From Octopus sinensis (Eukaryota): 64,000 nucleotides of DNA. This document shows positions 38,670 to 51,739 of the stretch, in pieces; position 1 is the first letter of the stretch; every line of letters starts with the position of its first letter. Location: contig NC_043003.1 in NCBI RefSeq assembly GCF_006345805.1, positions 53,072,001-53,136,000 of the forward strand, given 5' to 3'. The position numbers and the translations under genes are program-made. The notes below the pieces were generated by a model. The model had not been told where the DNA came from. It made no database searches and was given only the letters and a program-made list of their open reading frames with translations.

Positions 38670-41600
38670 CGCTGTCAACATCGAACGTGCAGGGATAGAG
38701 GACCGTTTCAAAATTCCGTTTTGAACGCCTTCTTCTAGAAATATGCTGACTTCTCCAGCCTAAATCGGTAACTGTTTTATTTCTTCAACAATTAATAAGA
38801 GAAAAACATTTTACTCGCCAACAGATTTCAAAATATACATCTACATCACGTGGAATTTATCTAACACGATTATGGCTGAAACTAACAAGGGGACCACCGA
38901 TGAAAACAGAACTACTCCACCAGTAAGTTATTTAAAAAGACGTAAGAACTCTTCTCATTTTACTTGGGCTCAACAAGTAAACTAAGATTTACTTTGGTGC
39001 TATGAAAAAGCCTGAGATAACCCTTCAATCGGATAGATGAAGCGGTCAAGACAATACTGGGACGAAGTTCCTCCCAACTTAAATACCTTCACGAAGAAAC
39101 AGCTCCGACAACAAGCATCTTTTCTGAAACACAAATCAACTGGTCCTTGATCCCCCCAAAACACTAAAAACGGGTCAAAATCTGCCAGAAGCGGCGTAAA
39201 AAATCATGTAAACAAATCACCGCTCCTGCCATCATTAAATTCGAGTGTGTCCCCAAATTCAGCTGACTCAGTAGCGGAGAGTGCGGACTACATCCAACTC
39301 AAAAACATTCAAAAACTTTGCTACTTTCTCGAAGCTTTTATTGAGCATCAGACTATTCCCAACAAGAGAGAGAGAGAAAACCCGACTGATCTAATATTTA
39401 AGGTTATCAACGATGTTGCTGGAGAGCACATGGAATCATGCGATGTTTATTACTGGAATATTAATACTCTTATGTACGCAGCCGCTATTACTCTTAAAGA
39501 ACACTTTGGAGAAATCTACAGGGAACAAAGTAACGAAATTACTAAACGGAAACAACCTAGTTGGAAAACAAAACTTGAACAACAACATCAACAACGTGCG
39601 CCATATTGGATGGTTAACATCAACAACGTGCGCCGCCATATTGGATGGTTAACTAGAACAATAAAATGTTAGGAGAAAAATGAGCTTACACGTCACCAAC
39701 TCTACCTTAGATAAAAATTAATGAAACTTAAAATATTACCATTAATAAAGCTCCCTCCCAAGAAGATCTGAAATCATTCTGGTCATAAATTTGAAAGGAA
39801 AAGGATTTCAACCTGAATGCATCATGGTTAAATATAACTGAGAGAGAATACTGCACCAACACTAACAGTAAAACATACAAAATTGATGCAGAAACCTTCG
39901 CTATAACAATAGGCAAACTATAGAACAGGAAGGCACCTGGAAAGGACCTAATAGCTGGATATTGGTACAAGAAACTGACATTTTCTAGAAACCAATTGAT
40001 ATGTATTTTCAAAAATACTATGGGAGGTCAGACCGATATACTAAATCGACTTGCAACAGCAAGGACGAATCCTGTTGCCAAAAATGAAACCACCGAGATG
40101 GCAGGAAACTACAGGCCCATTGCTTGCCTAAACATTATGTACAAACTGTACACAAGTTACCTCAACTAATTCCTCCAGGACCATTGTGAGTCGAACAACA
40201 TTGTGACTGATGAACAGGCTGGTAGAAAGAAGGAAGTGTGGGGATGTGCCTAATAACTTTTAATAAACAAAGCTGTATTATATGAAGTAAGAAAACAACG
40301 CAGAAATCTTGTGGCATAATGATTTGACTATAGGAAGGCATTCAACTCTATCCCTCATTCATGGCAGTTGAAGTACCTACACCCCGCAAAGGTACCTACT
40401 ACTTTAATTGCTGCTATAGAGAGAAACTCACAAAGACAACTATTCTAACCCTTACTATTCTTGCCCTTACAAGTGAGAACAGAATAATTGTTTCTAATAG
40501 TATAGGAATGACAAAGGGAATATTCCAGGGTGATAGCTTTTCTGTACTTCTTTTCATTTTGGCATTGAATTCATTATTGTTCCTACTACAGGAAACAAAA
40601 AGTTACATGCTAGGATCTTCAACTGCCAGAAATACCAATGTAACTCATAATTTCTTTGTAGACAACCTGAAGATTTATTCTAAAAGTGTTAACAATGCCA
40701 ACAAATTAGCTTTACCTAAGAAGAAATTAAGGTGGCAGAGGCCTGAGATCAGTGCAGCACCTGCTAAACAACAGCAGCGAAAATAAATATGTTAATGTAG
40801 TCCTGAAAAGTGAAGTGAGCAACATTGTATGAGTTGGCTGTGAACTCCTCAAGAAGCACTCTCTTCTTGATGATCTATATAGCCCTAAAACAGCCGGGCT
40901 CTCTTACCTCAGAGAAGACCTGGATGGAAAACACTCAGCATACAAAAACAAAAAGACCATGCATGGGCGTGTTGCCCGGAAGCTTGAAGAAGACAGTAGA
41001 AATGACACAATGCGTAGCCTCTCTTGGACACAAGACCACTACATCGCATTACACTTTGAAGGCTGTGCATTGCAATCCAGGAACAGGCGATTGCCACAAA
41101 GTACCTGGTGAACAAGAGAGGCAGTGATGCTCTTGTAATACCACGGTGCAAACACTTGTGTAGGCTATGTAATGTTTCTGTGGAAGACATTACGCATGTG
41201 ATTAGCAGCTGTCCTAAAATGTCACGGTACTACCCACCTATGCTGCACGAGATTGTTGCTAAAACAATTTACAACGCCATCCGCAAAAAAGACTGTCCTG
41301 AAATAAACTTAGAAAATCCCTCTGTTATGGAATGTATATTAACACCAACTCAAGGAATACTGGTGGAATATTCCCATCAAAATTCTGTAAAACGTAAGCA
41401 TGACAAGCCAGATATTGTTGTTTGGGACAGATGGGCAAAGGTATGTACCATCATAGAGATTAGCTGCCCTACAGATATAAATATTTCTTTAAAAATCTAA
41501 GAAAAGGAGGATATCTACGGACAACTGCTTCAAAACCTCCAGCTTCTATATCCAGACTATGAATTCATACTCATACCGATAATAATTGAAGTATTACGTT

Positions 41601-41845
41601 TTGTTAGTAAATGCTTAAAGGAGAATCTGGATAAACTGGAATTTTGAGAAATAGAAACTGACCGGCTGATTCGTACATTACAAATATAATCTGTGAGTGG
41701 AACAGTAAAAATATGCAAGACTTTTCTTAAGTTCCAAATGTGAATTTGTCTGTGTTAACTACATTGCAAAGATGGAGCCTTGTATTTTGATGGAAACTGG
41801 CTCCCTCCTCAGTGGAAAATTTATAATAATTACAAAATAGAAGAG
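38670..41845 (+). mobile_element. Near full-length decayed R4/Dong-like (REL-endonuclease) non-LTR retrotransposon
   Basis: Broken ORF from ~38872 to stop 41743. RT motifs LNIMYKLYTS, EQAG..WGC, FDYRKAFNSIPHSW, GIFQGDSFSVLLFILAL, FFVDNLKIYS; CCHC knuckle CRLCNVSVEDITHVISSC; REL motif HDKPDIVVWD...IEISCP. Confidence 0.9.
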
Positions 41846-41847
41846 AC

Positions 41848-42040
41848 GTACATATATACATACATACATACATACATACATACATACATACATACATACA
41901 CATACATACATACATACATACATACATACATACATACATACATACATACATACACACACACATACATACATACATACATACATACATACATACATACATA
42001 CATACATACATACATACATACATACATACATACATACATG
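41848..42040. repeat. (TACA)n array
   Basis: Direct reading. Confidence 0.95.
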
Positions 42041-42299
42041 TGTGTGGAAAAGTAAGAGTCCAGGTCGATGTAATGGTGGAATAATTAGAGCTTCGGACGG
42101 AATGCCTAGCAGCATCTGTTTCTACTCTGTGTGTTTTGGGAGCAATATTTGTTCCATCTCTTGTACCAAGATGTATCGGCATTGCTTTTCCTTCGGCAAT
42201 ATCTGTGGTGTAGATAGGGATGACTAGCAATCATAGACAACTGTTGATCTTTCCTTGTCCAGGTTTGAGATAAACCTTGAAGCTGCCGATACTCAGACT

Positions 42300-42950
42300 G
42301 TCTATTTTAGGTGAAAATTGACATTATATGTGTGTAGGAGTTGGAGAGTGAGAAATACGTAGCCGAAGAGATAAGAACCCACAGTATGGTAGAGGTCATT
42401 GTCACTCATATGAAAAAATACCGGTGGAATGTCTCCGTGAAAACTTCAATAAACTGTAAACATAATAGACCAGACATAGTGATTTGGGACTGAGAAGAGA
42501 AACCGTCTACAGTTGCAGAAATCAGCTGTCCAACGGAATATCAGCAAAAGACAAAACACCTACGCTCAACCAGTGAGGAACTTATAGTTGCTCTGCCCTG
42601 ATTAAAGTTCAAGTTTATAACAAACTGCCTTAGCAGTAATCTTGAGAAATTAGCCATCTCAAAACCAGAAAGCAGAAAACTAAATAGAAGTTTACAGATT
42701 CAAGTCATCAATGAAGAGGTGTAAAAACTTTACAGAAGTTTAGTATTTAAATATATATGCGCATGTCTAAACTTGGAAATGTATGTATGAGAATACATAC
42801 ATAAAACAACACATACACACAAACATGCGCAAATACCCTGCTAACGTTATTGGAGTTCTAATAAAGGAGTCTTGGTTTAGGCTAGAAACTGGCTCTTTCT
42901 CTGTTGACAAGATATCTTAAAATAAAACTAAATATAACACACATACACAT
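42300..42950 (+). mobile_element. Second, more decayed 3' fragment of a related REL LINE
   Basis: WNVSVKTSINCKHNRPDIVIWD*EEKPSTVAEISCP; shares GAAACTGGCTC with the 3' UTR of the upstream element. Confidence 0.75.
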
Positions 42951-43007
42951 GTGCAAATAAATATGTAACTAGGATAGGCTTTGGCCATTATTGACCTGAG
43001 TCATCTT

Positions 43008-43405
43008 TTATCTTTTACTTGTTTCAGTTAGTGAACTTCGACCATACTTTGGCATTACCTTGATGGGTTTAGTCGAACAAATCGACACCGTTTCCTTTTA
43101 TCAAAATCTAATAATTAGTTTTATCGGTTCCTTTTGCTGAATCGCTATGGTTAATGGGACTAAGCAAACCAACACCGGTTTTCAAGCGATGAGCGTGAGA
43201 CAAATGTGAACACAAAGATGGTCACATATCTACGTATATACCCACACATGTATACAGAATATATATGAGGGGTTTCTACGCAGTTTCTCTCATAAGGCTT
43301 TGGTCAGCTGCTGGTTACAGCTGGAAGCATTCGCTTAAGCCGCAACGCAGTAGGGCTGAACTCGAAACCGCACTTTTGCAAGGAATCTTCTTAACCACAC
43401 CGTTA
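43008..43405 (-). mobile_element. Diverged SINE family C
   Basis: TTTTACTTGTTTCAG...AACACCGGTT...CGCAGTAGGGCTGAAC. Confidence 0.75.
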
Positions 43406-44208
43406 ATAGCACCTCTTGGTGTAGTGTTTTAAATCATGTTTTGGATTATTGTACTCGTCTCGAATTGGAAGCTGTTATTTGCCAAAATGTATACAAATGT
43501 CGGCGTTTTGTTTAGCATTTTTTGGGAAGGACGTGTTCAGATACTGCTTAAATGCAATGGGCTTTCTGTTTCTTATTTAGTTTCTTTCAGAGTGATATTG
43601 AATAAAGCAGGTCCAGTCGAGATAAAGAAAGTAGGAGACTAATGAAAGTGTGTTTAATTTTTGGTAATTAGTGTTTTTGGTGCCAGCATGATTTGGACAT
43701 GTTGATGGAACATTTTCCGCAATGCACAAACGGCAGCTTTTGAAAGAATAGATTTGAGCGTTTTGAGGCGATCTCAATGCCTGTCATGCCATTATTTACA
43801 TTTTTTTTTGTTACTGGCATCTGGAGCGATCCATTGTCAATTTTTACTGTTGTTGTTGTATTGGGAGATCACAGTGGGTAGCAGTTATAAAGGTGTAACC
43901 TAGCAAACGCAAAGAAGATAAGTGTTATGTGATCTTCATTTCTCTGTAACAACCATTGATAATGATATTGAAAAATGTGCGCAACTGCGTGAGCTACAAG
44001 GATCTCACTGAATAAATACAGTAAAAAAGATGTATTTTGATACATATTTTTTATTTTGCTAAAGAATTTTATTTTTGTGTTCAATGTAATCATTGTTTAG
44101 AAATTATTAATTTTCTGGGTAACGATAGAAATTTTTCCATTTTTATGCGTGTTGCATTAGAAAAAATAATGTTTTCTTACAAATGGCTGTTTTATTGAGT
44201 CTACAAGG

Positions 44209-44585
44209 ATACATGATGTTCAAAAAGTCTCTCCGCAGTAAGTATTTTATTGCAAAATAAATATTTATAAGATGGTATAAGACTACAAAAGAATTTTAAA
44301 ATCTTATTAGAAGTGTTGAATGTGTCGTCCTTCATTTTCAATACATAAGTCGACTTTTCTACACATGTTTTGAAATACATCTTGGAGAGTCTGATGCGGT
44401 ATGGACCGTGTAAAGGTTATGATTGCGTCTTTTAGCTCATTAATGGTTTTCGGGCGATTCTTGTACACTGATCTTTACTTGCTCCCCAGAAAAAAGTCTG
44501 GCGGATTTAAATCAGGTGATCTTAGTGGCCAAAGTCCCTTCGAAATAATCCGTTCATCGAAAAATTCACTGCGGAGAAATTTTTT
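44209..44585 (-). pseudogene. Tc1/mariner transposase C-terminal fragment
   Basis: Minus strand LWPLRSPDLNPPDFFLGSK*..VYKNRPKTINELKDAI...LQDVFQNM..KVDLCIENEGRHIQH (WPxRSPDL motif), with a TIR-like end near 44209. Confidence 0.85.
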
Positions 44586-44667
44586 GAACACCCTTTACTT
44601 TTACCTTCGTGTAATAGAGCAAAAGAAAGTAAAAGTGAATTAATAAACTCTAATATTTTTTTGGAGA

Positions 44668-44855
44668 AATGGCAAAAACCTTTAGCACACCGGGAAAAGT
44701 GCTTAGCAGCATTTCTTCCGACTGTGAGTTGACTCCAAATGCGGCTGGGGTCGACTTTGCCTTTTGGGCTTGATAAAATAAGTACCATTTGAACACTAGA
44801 GGCAATCGAATTGACTTACCCTAATTGCAAATCTTGCGCCAAAATTTGAAATCAA
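44668..44855 (+). mobile_element. Diverged SINE family B
   Basis: TTAGCACACCGGG...GGGGTCGACTTTGCC...TAAGTACC...CCAAAATTTGAAA. Confidence 0.65.
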
Positions 44856-45957
44856 TATTTTTATGGAGTTTATTACGTTAATGATAGAAATATGTTTATT
44901 TATTGTTATATATTTTCTTTCAATATTTGTTTTCCATACCAATTGCTAATTTTTAAATAGTCATAGTTATAAATTTCATTATGATAAAGCTCATTTAAAA
45001 CAATTAATAATTAACGTTTTGTTAGTTTTACAAATTTTATTTTCATTAAAGGTTTTGGATCTTTTCGAAGCTGCCTGTTTCTACTATTAATTATTTATTA
45101 CAAAATTGAATTTTTTAATTAATAATGCCTTGGGGGCCACAAAAAAATTAAAGATTCTAAGAGGGACCATGAGGTAAAAAAAAATGGCTGGAAACCAGTG
45201 ATATATATCATAATGTCCCTAAACCACATTATAGTAATATCATTAACTGGTGTACGTCTGAAAACAATGATTCGAAAGTAAAAACATAATCTATTTTTTG
45301 ATATTCAACCAATTCTGGTTAAAGAGCAGTGTTTGATTTCATTTAGTTTTCCATAAGTAATCAATGGTGCACAGCATCCAGGAACTGCATTATACCTGAA
45401 CGATGCATCAGTCGAAGGACCATTGAAATTCTTCACCTTCAAAAATGAAACATCTAGCTTGGAATGGTTGCTGTGTTGCTATTCACCATAAGTATACAAC
45501 AATGACCAACCAATGAGAGAATATCATTTAACCTTCTAAAATTATCTGCGAAAATGGCTTTCAAATCAGTCTAGCATATTTTAAAAAAATAACAAGGACA
45601 CAAATTTGATGCTGTAATCCTGATATAATTGTAAATATAAGATGGGGTAGTCATACGAGGGGTACCTTTACAGTTCCACAAAAGAGACCTGTAGAGTAAC
45701 TACCAGACTTTAAAAAGAGAAAAAGTACTGGGGTCGATACATTCGACTAAAATTTTAAGGCGGTACCCCAGCATGGCCGCAGTTAAAAGACTGAAGCAAG
45801 TAAAAGATAAACGATAAAAGATACCTATGTGTTAGAATAGACGTTTAAGGTTTGCATTCCATTGTAGGCTATTGTTGTTGTTTAACTCCGGGTCAGTCTT
45901 GATCATGCAGATCTATGAATCTATGATCAAAGGTTCTTCAGCAAGCATAATTTCATT

Positions 45958-46199
45958 GTAATGTTATGTGCCCTGGGTTCGATTTTGGTAGTGGGCGGAT
46001 AGCATGGGGACCAAGTCTTGGATGGATTTTAAAATTGATGCCAACATCATTTGTGCAATATTGATGGAATATTTTCCACATCACACAAATGATGTAACGC
46101 TCCTGAGATTTTTTAGTCGACCCCAATAGTCAATGCCTCTCATACCGTCTATCTTTCTTGTTATTGACCTCTGGAGTGCTTCCACTTTCATAATGAGTT
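45958..46199 (-). mobile_element. Internal CR1-type LINE fragment, near-identical to 47633-47901
   Basis: Same sequence as the downstream copy apart from a few substitutions and a ~25-nt deletion. Confidence 0.85.
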
Positions 46200-46780
46200 A
46201 TGAAATATGTAGAGTAAGATTTTAGGGAGATTTTACTGCTATCTAGCAAGACTAGATATCACATAAAGGCTTCTACGTTAACTCATTAGATTCTTGGTAT
46301 ACATGATGCTATGCCACTTCAAGCCACTATGAGAACAGCTACCGCTGAAACTAAGAGTAAATGAAGCTGGACTGATGGTGAGAACCTGAAGTGTACATGC
46401 ACTCCTCTCTATAGCATCGAAGGTGTAATTTATGTGAAGGGCGAGAATTGACATTGTAGAATAAATTCTCTCTCCCTCTCTTTGTGCCTTCCTTTAACCT
46501 CACCATCAGAACATCACCTCTCTACTAAAATAATATTTTTAATTCTCCTCCTCAACCTTCAACTAACTTTCATAACAACATAATAAATATTACGTTCTCC
46601 TTATTTCACGTCATGGACGCTTCTCTCTCCTCTTTTCCTTACTCCCTCTTTCTCGCTCAGTTTTCGCCTTATCCGCTTTTTCCATCTCCTTTTTCTTTCT
46701 CCTCACTTTCCCTTCAATTAATCACGTGAAAGCGTTACCGATGGGCCAAGTAACGCAATGAAAAGCAGAATTATTATACG

Positions 46781-46836
<56 letters not shown>

Positions 46837-47064
46837 ATTGATTATATATTATTATATAGTAATTATTCATTTTTATACTTTTATACTTTTATACTAGTTA
46901 TATGTTTTATAAAAATATATTTTATTTTTTATTTATGATTTCGTTTATGTCTATCATTGCTTGAATTGCATAATAGTGTTTTTTTCTCTAATTTATATAT
47001 TGTGAAATTTGATTTAATACTAAATTGAATTTTTCACTGTAAGTTTTGGAGTTATACTTTCTAA

Positions 47065-47100
<36 letters not shown>

Positions 47101-47104
47101 CATT

Positions 47105-47139
<35 letters not shown>

Positions 47140-47150
<11 letters not shown>

Positions 47151-47375
47151 ATGTGACCTCGTGAGTACCGCTGGCGATTTTTTTCCCCTGTCTTCCCTTC
47201 TCGGGATCTTTCCTTTTCCTATGTTTCCGACAAAGAGCTCCGCTCGAAACGTTAAACCCTCCTTCTTCCCTTCTTTCCTGAGCGTCCAATAATACTTTAT
47301 TTGTTCCACGTCCTCGCGTTGTTGTGTTTTTTGTTTTTGTGTTTTCTTGTTTGGATTAACTTTATATATGATAAC
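47140..47375 (+). mobile_element. PLE-like terminal repeat with mutated HHR-like motif
   Basis: GTTTCCGACAAAGAGCTCCGCTCGAAACGTTAAAC at 47223-47257; homologous to 55650-55826 and 59855-60040. Confidence 0.6.
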
Positions 47376-47451
47376 TCTGACATGTTTCGGCCAGTATAGG
47401 CCCAGGGCATGTCTAACTAGTGAAATATTTTAGTCATATATGGGGCACCAT

Positions 47452-47960
47452 GGTCCACTCTAGCAAAGAATTATTATTGTTGGAAACATATCCGGGTGTT
47501 GGAGATTGCTCTGGATTTTTTGAAGAAATTTGTCCAATGAACTTTTGAATTTTATGGGATACGTTTCAGCTTTGACGTATTTTGGTATGGTATTAAAGAC
47601 AGCCAGACAAGTTGGGGTAAAGTTGTTGTGACGTAATGTTATGTGCCCTGGGTTCGATTTTGGTAGTGGGCGGATAGCACGGGGACCAAGTCTTGGATGG
47701 ATTTTAAAATTGATGCCAACATCATTTGTGCAATATTGATGGAATATTTTCCACATCACACAAATGATGTAACGCCCCTGGCGGCGTTGGAGGGAGTAGA
47801 GATTGAGTTTTTTTTTAGTCGACCCCAATAGTCAATGCCTCTCATACCGTCTATCTTTCTTGTTATTGACCTCTGGAGTGCTTCCACTTTCATAATGAGT
47901 TGCTTCGTACGGGAGACCACAGTGGACAACAGTATGCAAGGTGGGGTCGGGCAAAAGTAG
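47452..47960 (-). pseudogene. CR1-clade LINE ORF2 3' end
   Basis: PHLAYCCPLWSP...KVEALQRSITRKIDGM...YWGRLK, frameshift, LNLYSLQRR...FKSSLDKFLQKI. Confidence 0.85.
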
Positions 47961-48045
47961 AGTAAAGAAGGATGATGGTGTAGGCATCTATACATATAAA
48001 ACACGCACACGCACACACACATACATACATACGTACATACATACA

Positions 48046-48079
<34 letters not shown>

Positions 48080-48112
48080 CATACATACATATATACATAC
48101 ATGCATACATAC

Positions 48113-48183
<71 letters not shown>

Positions 48184-48184
<1 letters not shown>

Positions 48185-48460
48185 GAGGTACATGGCCTAT
48201 TGGTTAGAGCTGCAGACTTGCGGTCGAGGAATTGCGGGTTCGAATCTCAGACCGGGCGATGTGTGTATTTATAAGCGAAACACATAAGCTTCACGCGGCT
48301 CCGGCACAACTTCTGCTGACACATTCGCCACAACTTTCCCTCACTCTTTCCTCCTGCATCTCGCAGCTCACGTGTGACGGACCGGCGTCCCGTCCGGGTG
48401 GGGAACTTATACGCCAAGGAAACCGGGAAACCGGCCCTTATGAGCTTGAGAAGGAACAAA
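48184..48460 (+). mobile_element. SINE family A, full length, tRNA-derived head
   Basis: GGAGGTACATGGCCTATTGGTTAGAGC...GGTTCGAATCTC head; body matches 1-192. Confidence 0.85.
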
Positions 48461-49936
48461 CATATATATATATATATATACACACACACACGTACATAAA
48501 TACAAATCGCATGTCGAATGAGCGACGGGGCTCGACCTGGTTGATCGACCTGTTAGAAATAGCAGCCAAAAATATCTTCTATACCATCTTACTATCTTAA
48601 AGGAAGAAGGATATGCAAATGTAGATATACTAACCCGCGGGAAAGAAAGAAGACGTCTGATCGAGCTTTGAACACCGTTGATAATAAACGTCCTCGATAA
48701 CGACTGATCAGAAGTTAAGCAAGAAAGCTAACAATAACGGCACATGCACTGCACATGACTCAAAGACAACCGCTCATTACATACACATACACATGCAATT
48801 GCTTACACTTGAATGCAATTCACACTTAATATATAGCAACTCACCTCATGCAGAAACTCATAAAACTATTGAAATTGTTCAACTGCAATGCCAACACCCA
48901 CCCACATGCTAACGTTATACAAACGCGGAAAATGCTGCATGCGAACACACGAACACAACCAGCAAGCATGTGCATGTACAGTTGGTGCGGAAAGACAATT
49001 GCTGTGGGCACACACTGCATGTACCCGGGTATATTGACACCACACTCTTTAACAGTACGTAGAAATAAAACAAAACTGAGCTCTTTTACTCAATACGCGG
49101 ATACCAAAGTCAAATCCTAACTGAGAAACAGTCAGTTCCTATGATTATTTTGATCAGAAAATCCGTTCTAACCTCTATGGCAATCTCCATTTCTTGCTCC
49201 GCCTTGCATAAACGCCCCTTTTAATAATCTCCTAGCGTCTCCACTACCATTTTACATCTATTTCATGCAAGATCGGCATTGTTTTCCCCGTCTTTTCGTT
49301 ATTTGATTTGTTTTCAGGTCTTTTTAGAAATAGTTTTCCGTTATTGTTCCTCTAATAAATTGTCTAAACATATAATCTAATAATCTTTTTTTTTTTTTTT
49401 TTTATAAAATCTTTATTTTGTATTTTAGTTTCGCTTATTACAAAGTCAAAGAGTCGGAAATGCTAATACGATGAAAGAAATCTTAAAACAAAACAAACAA
49501 AAACGGAAGAAAAGGAATGGATAAGACAACATAGATTATAGGGTTAAACTGAAAAGATGAAGAAGGCGGTTTTGATTTGATGGCAAATACTGGATCTTTC
49601 ATTATACCACCATCTCTAATCATTTCGAACATCTTTTTCTTCTTATTCTTTACTTCTTTTTCAAGCAAACATTATTATATTTTGGCCCTGTTATAAAAGA
49701 CAAAGAAAACAAAAGCGAAAAGATAGATGAGTAACAGAGTAACACAGAAAACTGCAGAAGACATACCGAAAAAAATAAAATAAAATAAACGTGCTCCAGC
49801 ATGGCCGCAGTCAAATGACTGAAACAAGTAAAAGAGTAAAGAGTATTATCTCATACTACTTTGGCATTCATTTATGTATGTATGTATGTATGTATGTATG
49901 TATGTATGTATGTATGTATGTATGTATGTATGTGTT

Positions 49937-49972
<36 letters not shown>

Positions 49973-50028
49973 ATATATATTCTCTCTAGTTTCAACTCAG
50001 AGCTGCGGCCATACTGATGCACCGCCGT

Positions 50029-50077
<49 letters not shown>

Positions 50078-50233
50078 TTGTTCTATGTCATCGTCATTGA
50101 CGCTTTCATCGTAATCATCGCATCATTATCATTGCTATTAAATATTACAGTTATTTTTCCTTCATCATAACTCTTATCGGGGTAATCGTTTCAGCCGGTG
50201 TTGATATTACAGTCGTCATTTTTATTTATTAAG

Positions 50234-50283
<50 letters not shown>

Positions 50284-50689
50284 CATTTTTCTTATTTTGC
50301 TAATATCACTGTCAACTGGTTAAATACAATAGGGAACGAAAACGAAAGTAAAGGATAATAATTTGCGAAACAACAACAATACGAACCAGTATAAAAACAG
50401 ACGAGAACAATAACAACAATAAAAGCTTGAGAAACGCTACAAAACGGATGACAACAACAATGACAATATCGTCATCACTCCAACAAGTTTAGCGATCGGA
50501 AAAATGAAAAAAAGTGGGCTGGTTCTATTATTCGTGGTCTTATCTGGTTACTTGTAGCCCCCTCAACTTCCGTCTTCCGTCACTGTTTACAGCAGGTGGT
50601 GGATAGAAATTGGGGTTGGGACGTGGTAATTGTAGACCTGTCTCCCCTACCCCCACATCAACCATATTGTCACATGATGACTTGTTTTA

Positions 50690-51180
50690 ACTGGCTCCCT
50701 TCTATGTGTCTTTGTACGCTCTCTTTTCTTCGACCTTCCTTTCTCACACTGTCTTCCTCTTTCGTTTCTTCCTTTTCTTTCTCTCCTATCACCATCTTTC
50801 TTTTCCTCTCTCTTTTAGCCCCCCCCTCTCTCCCACTTCTCTCTCTCCATATTTATCGTTACTCTCCCTTTCTCTCTTCTTTCTTGCTTCGTTCTTATAT
50901 ACGCGCGTACACACTCACTTTCTCTCTCTTTCTCTATTTTTTTCTATTACATTTACCCAGTTTATCTCCCACTCCTTACTCTCTCTCACTCTCACTCCTA
51001 CCTCTTTTACGCTTTCACTCATTCCTTCTCCCTTTCAAACACTCATTCACACACACTCTCTCTATTTCCCCCTCCCTTCATCCTCCTCTGTTTCTCACAC
51101 ATTTATCTCTCTCATCACCCTCTCTCTTGTATTATCTCTTATACCTAGCTTTCTGAGTTATTGTTTTTTTCTTCATTCTT
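50690..51180. repeat. ~490-bp degenerate polypyrimidine (CT-rich) tract
   Basis: Direct reading; explains ORFs 50596 and 50706. Confidence 0.85.
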
Positions 51181-51219
51181 CTCGGACTGTAATAAAATGA
51201 TAACACACACACACACACG

Positions 51220-51277
<58 letters not shown>

Positions 51278-51437
51278 TACGCACACACACACGCATGCAT
51301 ACACACACACACGCATGCACACACTAATTAACATTGGCACAAAGCCAGCAATTTTGAGGGGATGGGCATAGCCGAGTCCGTTGACATATATACTTCACTG
51401 GTACTTTATTTATCGACCTCGAAGAGATGAAAGATAA

Positions 51438-51532
51438 ATGATGATAATGATGACGACGACTACGACAACGACAACAACAACAATAATAATAATAACAATA
51501 ATAATAATAACAACAACAACAGTAATAATAAC

Positions 51533-51616
<84 letters not shown>

Positions 51617-51629
51617 AATAATAATAATA

Positions 51630-51664
<35 letters not shown>

Positions 51665-51686
51665 AATAATAATAATAATGATGATG

Positions 51687-51736
<50 letters not shown>
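51438..51736. repeat. (AAT)n/(GAT)n/(AAC)n array
   Basis: Direct reading. Confidence 0.95.
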
Positions 51737-51738
<2 letters not shown>

Positions 51739-51739
51739 T

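Noticed and set aside
43600-43800. SCRLCIAE motif resembling a PLE C-terminal CxLC motif
   Set aside because: Too short, and surrounding frames give no support.
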